Assembly (NCBI GenBank): GCA_030141605.1
Contig: JAQGDQ010000101.1
Location: 392,919 to 456,918 of the forward strand
Reading direction: 5' to 3'
Length of the DNA stretch: 64,000 bases
From: Tubiluchus corallicola
Taxonomy: Eukaryota > Animalia > Priapulida
Positions 52,364 through 64,000 of this stretch are shown one piece after another; the stretch's first letter is position 1; every line of letters begins with the position of its first letter. The notes below the pieces were generated by a model. The model worked only from the letters and a program-made list of their open reading frames with translations. It was not told where the DNA came from and searched no databases. Both the position numbers and the translations under genes were made by a program.

Positions 52364-55300
52364 TTAAATGTAGGTAGAACGTCCCTTTAAAACATGGCCG
52401 CAAACACCACACTGTGTAGTTTCTGCAGTGTTCATGTATGTACAAGCTGGACATGGGAGCATCACAAACGAGCTCAGTGACTCCTGGTCAAGTGACACAC
52501 AACCAGCATTACACATTTCACAACATAGGGCATCTGGTGGGTTTAGGAATGTGCACTCTCTGCACTGCCACTTGTTCAAATCTGAAACATGTTGCTCCGG
52601 TGAACTCCTAATGTGTATGGCAGAGTTGTCGTTGGATGGTGAATCACTGCTTTCTGCGAAGCTGCTATTTAAGGACGGCGACCAGTTGTTTCCAGTAGTA
52701 TCAAAGTTATTTACAGTTGCAATTCCCTTTGCATGAGCTGGCAATCCACTAGAGAGTGTCACTTTGTCAGATCGCAAATCAGTACGAAAGTTACCACTCT
52801 GTTCAGATAAATTCGCATGTGCTGCTTTTGGAGATGGCGAATTTTGCACATCAATACTGACTGTTACACGATTTTCTGTGTTCTGAACTGAAGTCGGCAT
52901 AAAAGGCAAAGATTGGTTATTATTACTGACTTTATAACTGCGAGGAATTGTTTTGTATTTTCCATTTGTATCACATTTACTGTCACCCAAATCTTGTGGT
53001 TTTGGCCGCAATGCCACAGCAACGTTATTCTTACCATGTGATGGGGATAAATTATAGCTGCCAGCTACTTGCTCTAAAAACATCTGATTTAAAATATCCT
53101 GCTGCTTATTAGTGGAGGACAGACTATCCTCCATAGTATTATAAGGCACGGGAGGGACATATACGTCTCTTGATGTTACATCGTTAGGCACATAATCAGA
53201 GGCACGTACAACGTTGCCTGTGCTTCGTTTTCGGGTCATTGGAGGGCTTAGTGAAACTGCTTCTAAAGACGACACAGCTATACATTGATCAGCAGGTATA
53301 ATGCAAGAAGACATAGCAGCAGTGGTCGAAAATGGAACAGCTGTTGCCTTGGGTCGAACTGATTGCTGTTGCGGAAAAAAGCTTGAACTAGAACTACTGA
53401 TAGCATTTTTATGAAGCACAGCTGGCTTACTGTTTAGCACAGGTTTATACGGTGCAAATGCTTTATTAACTTGTATAGTTTGATCATTGATTACCGCCTT
53501 AGTATTAGTACAGAGAATGCCTTTGTTACCATTGATTGCTGCATTAGTATGCTTTTCATAAACACTGCTTGGACGGCATCTAGCAGGTTGCTCTTCTTGA
53601 GGTAGCAATTCTGAAATGTGCATTTCAGTAACTTCGGTGGCCGGCCTAGAGGTTATGTCTTTGCTGCGATGTAATCTCCGTCGGTCAGAGACATCGCTTC
53701 GACTTCGCTGTACACCACTGGACGGTATTTTGTTGGATAAATGCTCAGGTTTTCCTAAAGGTTTTGAAGTTTCTCTCTCATCATAGAGTTTACTCACATT
53801 ATCATTTTGAAGCAAGTATGCTGTGCAGATAAATTCATCCCCAATGTACCGCTGGCGAACCTCAAGCACCTAGGAAAAAACGTTTTTAAAATAAAGACAT
53901 TACAGGCAAACAAAGTAGCAAGAAACAAAAATGGATATACTTAAACCAGCAAGCACTGGATTACTATTTTAATTTCAGTAACACAGATAAAATTATTGTG
54001 ATTTATTTAGCAGAAACAGTTCTACTTGGAAAAGTTAAAACTAGCACCATTGATAATAGTGTTTCAGGTACCCTGGTACCTGATTAATTGCTCGCATTGC
54101 TCACTACATAAGCCTGATATTTCTACCTGGTTCCAACAAAGAACATGCAAACATTATTTGTAGTACAGTATCCATTATTTAATAATTTAAACTTTAAATT
54201 CCACCTTCTGCTGTGCATTGTTGCAGTACAGCAGTGAGATGGCAGATTAAGCCACTTTTGTCATAGAGGTGACTTACAAAAAAACAAACTATGATTTCTT
54301 CATCAAGACCTTAGCTGTCCAAACAAAATTGTTTATTAACATTTAAGAAACTATTTTACACCACTAACAACAATACAAATAAAGTTAGAATTGTTAAGTT
54401 TAACAGTGCAAAAAGAATAATATAGATTATATTCCCCTAATTCCTATGCTGTATTAATAGTGCTCAGTGCAGTACCTAAGCTGACATAGCTGATTCACTT
54501 ATAACGCGTCAAACCAAAGAAATGTAATTAAGAAGTCTGGCAGATAAGGGTAAAAATTCAGTTATGCCTCCTCATGTGGCGAAACACTAGCTTTTGTGAC
54601 TCATAGCTCATGTATTCAGGCCCTCAGAGTGCAATAACTGAATGCTTATTGCCAACACAACAAAGAAGTCAGTTGAAATGCACCAGTGGTTGTTTTTATT
54701 TTTGAGAACAAATGATTTAAATTTTTTTATTGCAGCTTAGTAATCGTGTACCTAGGTACCCAGCGGGTATAAGGAAAAGGGCACATGAGCCTGATTTTTG
54801 CTACCTGTGTACACACTGATTGATAAGCGTAGCACTGATCACTCTTACTTGCTTCATAGTAAACCCCTGCTTGAGAACACGACTATAAATCTTTTCCATT
54901 AAGGCGACTTCAAACTGTGCTACTAGGCAGTCGAAGGCTATCGATGACAGCATATCCTTGGAAACATGTTTTACCAGCACATATGTATAAGGATCTTGAT
55001 CCTGTCGACGATAACCCATCTGTGTGAGAAGCATGCCATATCCCAGCAAGTTGTTGGCAATTTTGCACTTAAAAGCACCAGAATAAACCTAAACGGTAAT
55101 AATGATAAAAACATTAGTTACTCAAAAAAGCTACAAATACAAAATATAACAAATATATCTTACTTTCGGAATCATAATAGAATTCATAAAAATTGTCAAA
55201 CGTCAATTAAATCAATCAAATAGGGGTGGGCAGGTAAGCAGCTAAAAGATCAGTGATAGTGCTGCAAGCTCCTCACACTGGGGTCCATGAGGGTATATAA

Positions 55301-58300
55301 TCAGAAAAATTGTTACTTTCCTGCCTTTGAGAAATATGAAGCTATTTTCTAACTTAAAATTTTGTGTTCCAAAAGTATAGTATGCTAAATTCTCTATTCT
55401 ACTAATTATTAGTGCATACCTACTTCAAGTAGAATTTTGCACTGTTGGCTGTTACTTTTTAATTGTGTCTAGAAAATTTTAAGTAATTCAATTTACTATT
55501 GCAAAATGAGCAAGTTCTCATATCCATGTATTATAACATGTCTAAATGTAGAGTAATTTATGGTAGAAATGTCCTTCAAGTCAAACTTAAAAAAAGAACT
55601 TGCAATATTTATTGGAAAATGTAATACGAAAGTTACATTTTTTCCTTTACAAAGCTTTTGAACACTGAAGCACATAATATAACTGTAGTCAAGTTGTGCA
55701 ACTTCTAATGCAAGTTCACGACAATAATAGCTCTATAACTAAGCCTCACGGGCGAGGGCATCCACGGTAACGTTTCCAAGGAGGGCAAGGGAAATACTCC
55801 TACTATCACAATTATTGTTTAAAATTATCCATAGAAAGCTAATGCGACATCTAATGTATTCTGGGGTTTAAATGAAAGAACTCTATCATATAATTAATAG
55901 TAAAAGTAAAATCATGAGCAGAGTGTTCCATGGTTCTTTCTAGGTTAAGATGGGAGAGGATTAGAGCTCTCACAAGTTCTTATGAACAAAAATCATAAAT
56001 TTATGATGTAACAATAAGGGAGATAAAAAAGAAAAAGCTTTTCAGGTAAACGTAAACCATAAACTGCATGGTTTTGCCGTTGCTGAAGATGTTAATCGCT
56101 CCCTTCATATCGGTGACTGTGATTCGTCTTAAGCTGTCCCTGTTCGAAATGACCACTTGACCCATGGGCCTGGCCTCTTAAGCCAGGGCAGTAGCATATA
56201 TCAGGTAACTTATAGTACTACGGAGTGAGACAGAGAACAGAAATATCCGAGTCCCGACACTCCTTAGGGACTTAATTATGAGGTTTTAACTTCCAAACCC
56301 CCTTGTCCGAGTTTAGAAGGCCTGATTCAGGGGGGAGTCAAATATCCTGTTTACACCCTCACCCAGCAGACGCCCATGCTCGCGAGACATAGAATGCATA
56401 CATGTATTGAGCTACAATGCTATTGAGCCATTTTGCATACAGATAATAATGAGTAAGACAACCTAGTGCTGCTATGGCAACCAACAGAAAAAAGGTCTCT
56501 GTTAATTGCAGCCTTGGTCCATGATTCATCTTGTATAAAACCAGCTGTAAAGCTTCAAAATTAATCATTGTTTTACACAGGAACCAAGGTTTACGTACGA
56601 AAAAAGGCTTCACAGTCTGGATTTGGCCCGCAGGCTGCCAGTTGCCCACCCCTGGATTAAATTATAAAGAAAACCACATAACCTACATTAGTATGAAGTT
56701 TTAAAACTCTATTTTTGCAAAGTTTAGTTAACTACATTCAACATTTTTAAGGCTGCCTTGTGGTCTGCAGCAGAAGAATAGAGCAGTAAATTTATTCGTA
56801 TTCGTAAGAACTATACAGCATCATTTAATTTTCCCATTTCTACTTGCGAGTTTCTGTTTAAATTATACGATGACACTAGACGTGTTGTAGTCAATTTGAA
56901 AAATTTAACACATCTTAAATTCTTTAAAGCATGCGAATTGTACCAAAATGTAGACCTAAACGGAACACTTTTCGTGCCCAAAATAGAAATTCTCAATCAA
57001 GGACGTGAAGGTGCATTAGCAAAAATTTAGCATTTCAAAATTTCTTGGTTTGTAATATTTCAGATGTCTGATAAGGAAAGCCATTGAGAAATGTGAAAAA
57101 CATGGGAGTACCTTTAGTTTGCGAAATTCAGGTCGCCAAGTGTAAGTGTATAAGTTCAGTGCCAGCTCTTCAAGTGAGACAAACGCAGATTCAATGTCGA
57201 CGAAGCTAGCTCTGCAACTGATCTCTTCCACAGTCCATGTCAACATATCCACAAAACCGTGGATGCACAGTTTGCTTCCGGCATCAACTACAGACAGAAA
57301 GTTCAGAATTCCACGCGACAGGCTTTGTTTGGCAACTGTCTATAAAAAATAAAATTATTATTGTAATAACTAATAAATAAACAGTTAAAAGTATTTCATT
57401 AAACATAAAAGCAAAACATCCAAGACAACTTGTCCACAAAAGCATAGGTGGTGAAATTACTCACAATAAAACTGAGATGCAGTTAAACTCAGTTAAAATG
57501 TTCTGAAAGAAGAAAGACAACACACGCTTCATCTATGAAGGATTATGACACAGTACAGTTTGAAATTCACTTTACAAAAAATCTTGTTGGCTTTATATGC
57601 ATATAAAGATAGCAAGCAGAATTCTGAAAAGAGACACTTTAGTACAATTGTATCATACTTTGCTTACCATTATTTTGAATACTGCAATATTGTATGGGGT
57701 TATGCATATGCTTCTACTTTGGACAGGTTAAACAAATTACAAAAAAATAATTAGAATTATTACTCATTCGGATTACACATTTCACACAAATATTTTATTT
57801 AAGCAGCTTAATATTTTATAAGTTAATGATATTATATGTATGAAAATTGCATGTTTTATTCACAAACATTTTAATATTTTTAGTAATATATTTACAGTAA
57901 ACAAAACACTTTATATGTACAATACTAGGCAGTTCGATGACTATCATATACCAAAAGTGACAACTGACCTTATGAAACATTTTATTGGTTATCAGGGCCC
58001 TGTTTTATGGAACAATTTGTCTTGTGATGTGAAAAAAAGTAAATCACACTCGTGTTTTAAAAGAAAATGAGAATTATATTATAATATTTTTATGTTGCTA
58101 AATAACTTTTATTGTACAATTTTTTTACTTTCATCATTGGAACGTTTTTTTTATTGAACTTGGCTGTAAGTCTGACAACTTCCTGGAGAGCCATAATATC
58201 ATAAAAATCATCTAAAATATTTTATTTAACAGAACTGCATTTTTTATGTAAATCTTATTTACTAACACATTCACTTTCCCTTTTAATTTTACTTATATAT

Positions 58301-60170
58301 ACTAATATAAATTATGTAAGGAATATGTTTGAATGTAATGTTTTTGTGGGAATAAACTTTAACTTAATACTGTATGGAAATTGTTATTACATACCAAGTT
58401 CAAAAGATCCAAAATAGTGATGCTCCACAGCTTTGAAAACCAAATATTCTGAGTAATTTTTATTCACTTTCATTCCCAGTACAAAGTATGTCTTTGGTTC
58501 ACGAAAATTTTGCTTCATTTTTTTATAAGAATTTTGTCTTGTAACATTAACATTTTCTCACTAAAACAGCATATGTTATCATGGAAAAACACAAATTTCT
58601 GGAAAAAATAAGTAATTACTGACTAGAACAACTTTCGTATTTGTAGTTGTTGTTCTGTATATGCTCTACACTTTCGTGCTCCATATTTGAGAGAAGGTGC
58701 ACAAAACTTTTTCAAACCTTTTAATCTAGTTTTGTTTTCGTGCACTTATTAGATTACACTACAAAATGCAGCAAAAGCGAGGTGCCATTTAGGCAGGATG
58801 TAAAATGTGCCACCTTCGAAAATTAATTGCATACGCACAACTTGACAGTAAATATGCATTCCTACGCATTGCAGCCATCTGCACTGTGTTTTGCATAGCT
58901 GCAGAAAATTTTTTGCTAGCAAACTTTTCTATTGTTTTTGATTTTATTAATTGCCATGCACACAATAATTTTTCTAACAGTGTCTATTGCAAAAATTGCA
59001 CAATTGCTTTATTAAATCATTTAAAATGCAGCTATTTAAAGCAGCTGTAAGATGCACAGGAGTAACTAGACGAACGAAGTCAGTATTTCACTTTCTACAT
59101 TCTATTACTTTTTATTTCTTGGAAACTTACTACTAAATATCCATCTTAAAAATAATAACTGCAGCCAAATAAGCTTTTTATTGTTACAACAACACCAAAC
59201 ATAGTTTCTGTGCGAATGCATTCAAATGTAAATTTATATAAAACTTAAAACCAAACATTTAAAAATGCAGTTCAGTTTGGTTGAGTTCGAGATTAGCATG
59301 TATGATTCGGGCTCAGCTCTAGTTCGTAGGAAAAACTTAAGTGAATTCAGGTTTAGTTTCAGATTCAGGGGATATTATACTCAAAGCATTAATATACTGA
59401 CGATATTGCTTCTTATTCATCTGTGGCTGTCCCTCACTGTTACCCCTTTCTCAGAGCTTTATCACGATATTTTGGGAAGGGAAAACAGGCAGTAAACAGC
59501 CAGGTATTAAGGCAACATTAAACTCGCAATGTTTTAGTCAAGAATGTAATTAATTGAGCTAGTTAACTTGGAAAATGACAAGACATGCCAAACCCAGACA
59601 AAACAATCTTTGCAACAAGATTAACGATAACAGGTCACACAAGCTGACACAGTCATAGCGTGTTCATAAATGATAAAAAAATCAAGTTACCAAAAATGTT
59701 GCAGTTACAAAAAACCCATTTTCAGGTAGTAGTGTTTAGCTTTTGCATTTTGCTTTGTATGCGAAACGCAATAAAATTAAAATCAAATCGTAAATTATGA
59801 ACAGCAGTTCTAATTAATAATAATTATAAAAATTTCTGATAGAGTAAAAGTTCCACAATGAAAAAATAAAATTTAAGGCAACTAAAGTTAATTAAATCCA
59901 AATTGTAAAGGCTGTTTGTCAACGAGACATTTACATATTTTAAGATTAAGGTATGTACTCCTCCCTTTCCCATGGTTTGTAATGTTTCATAAATTTTATA
60001 TATATAGTCAATTTGTCCTTTGTTATTATTCTGTATGTTTAAATCCCTACCTGGCCTGATAGCCCAGAATTTCGTATTATGTCGATGTACGAATCATACA
60101 ACTTCCTTCGTACTGACACAGCATTACTGTCTGCAACAACTCGCATTGTTCTAGCTGTAGCAGCATTCAT
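52364..60170 (-). CDS. SPATA2: SPATA2/tamozhennic-like protein: N-terminal PUB-like domain, long low-complexity linker, two C-terminal RanBP2/NZF-type zinc fingers, ~697 aa
   Basis: Exons 60051-60170, 57112-57339, 54849-55088, 52364-53869; all phase 0, total 2094 nt, with an in-frame TGA upstream of the ATG. AFVSLEELALNLYTYTWRPEFRKLKVYSGAF..LLTQMGY..IAFDCLVA matches the SPATA2/tamo PUB pattern (LE....NL...PW.KEFR.IK.Y.G.F...L..MGY). Fingers: WQCRECTFLN...CEMC and CPACTYMN...CGVC. Confidence 0.85.
55753..56378. mobile_element. hAT-like MITE interrupted by a retroposon
   Basis: Termini CGAGGGCATCCAC / GCAGACGCCCATG; 8-bp TSD CTCACGGG/CTCGCGAG (6/8 match). Confidence 0.6.
56047..56325 (-). mobile_element. 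279-bp retroposon (LINE 3' end or SINE) inserted into the MITE
   Basis: Flanked by the direct repeat TTCAGG (56041-46 and 56326-31). The minus-strand 3' end is a short tandem tail GTTTATGGTTTACGTTTA, and the insert is GC-richer than its host. Confidence 0.6.
56605..56655. mobile_element. hAT-Charlie-type right terminus
   Basis: GGATTTGGCCCGCAGGCTGCCAGTTGCCCACCCCTG; left end not identified. Confidence 0.5.
57640..58350 (+). mobile_element. L2-group LINE 3' fragment (degenerate)
   Basis: YFEYCNIVWGYAYASTLDRLNKLQK..RII, YNTRQ..YHIP and FIGYQGPVLWNNL, followed by AATAAA and a short tail at ~58330. Confidence 0.75.
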
Positions 60171-60888
60171 ACATATAATTCTTCATCAATCATACAAGTG
60201 CTACCGCCAACTAAAAACAGATATATGAAAAAATTCAGTATCAATGATCAAAATTGAGGAGATATTTAATGATTTCACAAAAATACAATTCTGTGAAAAG
60301 TAAAACATAAACAAAATCAAACAATATCTTTTAATTTTCAAGCATTCTATGGTCTACATGTTTACCAATGTACTACAGTATAATATTATAGAATTTGCAA
60401 ACTGAATTCTTCCAATAGTCAGTATTATAAAAACTGAGGTTAGAGTAACTTTCATTATACGATCCACGGTACCATGGTCGATCTGTTTTCCCACTTCTTT
60501 GATCAAGAATTTATTTTATTGTGTGAATAAATATGTAAAATTGCATTAATATAGAAAAGCACACATCATTTCACCATTACATATGAGTATTAAATTATAA
60601 AGTAACTATAAAGCTCTTGCTGTTAATTACATATACGTAGAATTAAAATAGAAAGTGTCTCCGTCATCGCCTAGGTACAGAATGGAGGCCTGTTAAAAAA
60701 CAGAAGTAAATTTACTTAAACGGATATACATTGTTTGGGTTCCTTTCATTTTGCATCAGGATAAATTACTGCAGCTACAGCAAAACTTTCGTTGTTGAAA
60801 AAGTACCCACGCTCAATATGTTAATATACGTTAATTTCAAATTATTTTGCTACCATGATATTACTTACAAGCTGGGGAGCATAACCAT

Positions 60889-61236
60889 CAGTGGTGAACA
60901 TTGCGACTTTCAAATCTGAGTTGAACCGAATTTCAGTATTTCGAACTCGAATTGAGTATGAAAGATTTTCGAGCTACTTTTCGAAGTAGTAAAAAGTGGT
61001 CTAAAAAGTCATGCATATTACTTGATTTTGTTCTATAGTAAAACCACTATTAGTGTGTTAAAATTTTTTAACAGAAACTGCAGCTGAATTCTGCTAATTG
61101 CTAACATTTTAATGATAAAGAGCCCATGTGACTAAAGTGCTGAATAATTTAATCTATAATTTTGGGTTTGAATCGAATTCGAACTAAAAAAATTGTTCGA
61201 ATCGAATTCGAACTCGAACATTCGATGCCACCCCTG
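60889..61236. mobile_element. hAT MITE
   Basis: CAGTGGTG ... CACCCCTG termini, TTCGAA/TCGAAT subterminal arrays and an 8-bp TSD ATAACCAT/ATCACTAT (6/8 match). Confidence 0.65.
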
Positions 61237-61689
61237 ATCACTATTTTGTATCTTTTGAAGCAATATTTTGTATATTTCGCAAAAATTTTCACATAGCATT
61301 AAGTCAATGTTTATTGCCAATTTACCATGAAAATCATTACATTCATACATATTTCGCATCAGTACGGGTGGCCAAGTGGCTAAGGGAACAGACTGCAGAT
61401 GCTTCTCTGTTTGCAGCCCGAGTTTGAATATCACGACCACCTGTATTGGTGCAAACTGTTGTTACCTGTATTATTTACTTGTGGCGTCTCAAATTGTAGT
61501 TGTGTTGTTGTATTCGTTTTGCTTATAGTAGCCAATAGTTTATGGTCTGAGTGACTGTAAATAAGTGTTTTTGTCTTTTTTTGTACTTTTATATAATACA
61601 GAATATACATTAGTATATATTTATAAATAAAATTAAAAGAAAAAAGAACTTTGTGACCACAATTATACAAATCTAGATAGAAAAATCTT

Positions 61690-62239
61690 AGCACTAGCTG
61701 CATATTCCAAATTAACAAAAAATTTTGAAAGTAAGAGGATCAGTCTAGAAACAAAATTAAGAATTTTGCTGCACGCGTGGAAACTGTATTTCCGTATGAC
61801 TCAGAATTATGGACAATCAAATCACAACACAAATCAGTTATTGATGCATTTCAAAGAATAAACTATAGGAACATTCTAGGAATAAAATGGCCAAAGAAAA
61901 AAATCAAACCAGGACCTGTATAATAAAGTCAAGGCAGAGGAATGGAAAATTAAAAGTCAAAAGGACAGGATTAAAATGGATAGGACATGTTATACAACTA
62001 CCAGATGACAGCCCATTAAACTTAGCTTTCAAAGAAGCGATGCAGAAAGAAAAGAAACCACAAGGAGGGCTGCTGCTAAGTTACATTAATTTCATCCAAA
62101 AAGATCTCATGAACACATCATTAGATATCAAAAATACAGAGACATGGGATGTTGCGGGTGATGGAGCGGCACAGACTAAGGTGATTAGGAGGGTCATGTC
62201 AGAGAATGTGTGAATCCAGAGATGATCATGATGATGATG
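61690..62239 (+). mobile_element. RTE-clade LINE 3' fragment (degenerate) with (GAT)n tail
   Basis: SLETKLRI..YDSELWTI..IDAFQR..RNILGIKWP..SNQDLY..LKWIGHVIQLPDDSP, ending GATGATCATGATGATGATG. Confidence 0.75.
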
Positions 62240-63128
62240 TTACCAAATGTTCAATTCAATTCATTTTAAGTTTATTTGCACAGCTGTAGTAATGTACCAT
62301 GGCAAAAAATACAATTATAGAAGTACAGAAAAAATACAAGAACAAATGCAAAATACAACTATGTAACATTGCAAAAACACAGCATAGTTTCATACACGTA
62401 TTGCAAAAACACAGTAGAGTTCATACAAGTATTATTGTTGCACTTGACTAAGCTGTACATGAGCCATAATATAATATAGCTTGATTAGTGAACTAGTTGG
62501 GCAAGTTTAGAAAGATGGCGCAGATTAGAGCAAAAAGCGAGTGTTCAGATTAGCAGAATGCCAGAGTTATGGCGAGGAAATTTGTTCCTTTATTTTGTTA
62601 AAAGCTACTTGTTTTTTAAATCAGTTTTAATAAATTGGTTTTTAAACGAAGTTAGACGTTTGTCAGCTCTGCAAACTGTGACATTATGATAATGAGAAAT
62701 TGTACTGAGAAATTAGAAAAATTGACATATTGCTATCTACATTTAAACTAGCTCAGTTCAGTTGGCACCAATGTGTCAAATAAAATTGATTAAATCTGCT
62801 TAACTTAACTCTTAAATAGCCTATTAAAATCAAATAAAAAATTATGTGCAAACTTCAAAGAACTAATTAAAACACATAACCTAAATAATTAAACACGATC
62901 ACTAACACTTAGGCAACAAGGTATCAATTAAAAAACTGACTAAATCTATTTAACTTAACTCTTAAAATAAACTATTATTTACTTACCGAAATAGCCTACT
63001 TAAATCTGTTGTGCAAGTTACAAAGAACTAATAAAGATTCAAAATGTAAATCATTTTTGTGGTCTCTTCCACAAAAAAGCTTACTGAAATAAGTGCATAT
63101 TTTTTCAAATTTTCAACTTTGGCTTTTT

Positions 63129-63849
63129 AGTGCAGTGTAGGGCGCAGAATACGCTACTAGCCAAAGTAGGACACTTCCGCTAAAACGCATGTGCTAAATT
63201 TGCGAAAAAGCAGTGTCGTACATGGGCAGCCCAAGTAGCTCACTGGCGATTTCTGTCGAGAATCGATAATTATGACATAATAAAACTAAATTTGTTTTAG
63301 AAAAAAGTAACTTTATAATAACGATGGATAGTCTTTGACAATTTGCAAATGCATTTTTCTTACAATAACGTTATCATTATTTTTAGCTCTATTTATATCA
63401 TCACAACATTAGACTAAGTATCTAATACTTTAAAGAGAGAAACTACGCAGGGCACATAGCTCTCTGGCCCGTTTACTTAGTAGAAAACAATTATTTCACC
63501 AAATGCTATGGAATGTATCACATGTCTGTGAAGCGAGACAAAATAAAAAGTGATGTACCTTAAGCAAATGTTGGAATCTCCTAGAAAGCGGGCTTATTTC
63601 ACTTCAACAATTTTATATTGGCTGTTCTACTAGCTCAGAGTAAGATTCTTTTATTTTATCAGATGCATAATAATTAATAAATTATTCACCATGTATTGAC
63701 GTTTTCAATTATTATTACTAAATAAACAATGACAACGTACGCTGCCAATACGGTTAACCACTCAATTCGTGACTTGTCTCGAGTGTCCTACTTGGGCAGC
63801 CAATTGTTCTACTTCGGCTAGTGTCCTACTCCGCTTCCAACATGCAGTA
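63129..63849. mobile_element. TIR element with AAGTAGGACAC subterminal repeats
   Basis: CTAGCCAAAGTAGGACAC at ~63157 faces inverted GTGTCCTACT copies at ~63783 and ~63821. Confidence 0.55.
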
Positions 63850-64000
63850 CTTGCTGCAAGAGCTCAAAGTAGTATAGACCGAAAGGATTTTTTAATTTAA
63901 ATAACTTCGTTATTTTTAGTCGCTATTGCTGTGAGCTGGCAGTGTAGTCTGGATACTGCCGATTCAATACCGTGATACAGAGGTAATCTTATTGTTAATT

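Noticed and set aside
56290-56340. Second pseudoknot using CCCCTTG/CAGGGGG
   Set aside because: The CAGGGGG strand belongs to the TSD and host MITE, not the insert, so the pairing is probably coincidental.
58757-59060. CACTA/EnSpm-like element starting CACTACAAAA
   Set aside because: No matching right terminus or TSD could be identified.
9732-60170. The three genes as a functional cluster (neural transporter plus ubiquitin adaptors)
   Set aside because: Co-orientation alone is weak evidence in an animal genome, and I know of no conserved synteny or shared pathway.
832-62213. Most short ORFs in the ORF track
   Set aside because: They are antisense shadows of exons, exon read-throughs into introns, or chance ORFs in AT-rich or repeat DNA without recognisable motifs.

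Overview
AT-rich animal genomic DNA (probably a marine invertebrate), not prokaryotic. It holds three intact spliced genes, all on the minus strand and arranged head-to-tail: an SLC6 glycine-transporter-like gene (13 coding exons, ~658 aa), a KLHL8 BTB-BACK-Kelch gene (9 exons, ~600 aa) and a SPATA2/tamozhennic-like PUB-domain gene with two C-terminal RanBP2/NZF zinc fingers (4 coding exons, ~697 aa). I assembled the exon chains by eye from GT-AG boundaries; each sums to a whole number of codons. Introns and intergenic DNA are full of decayed mobile elements: a Sola2-like fold-back element whose left end is amplified as a perfect 171-bp tandem repeat, a THAP relic, CR1, L2 and RTE LINE fragments, and many hAT and pogo MITEs, some nested. 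I found no convincing new multi-gene system. The best leads are the 171-bp repeat, a retroposon with a clean H-type pseudoknot, the domain and uORF layout of the SPATA2/tamo gene, and an unusual TM6 in the transporter. All family calls come from recognised motifs, not database searches.
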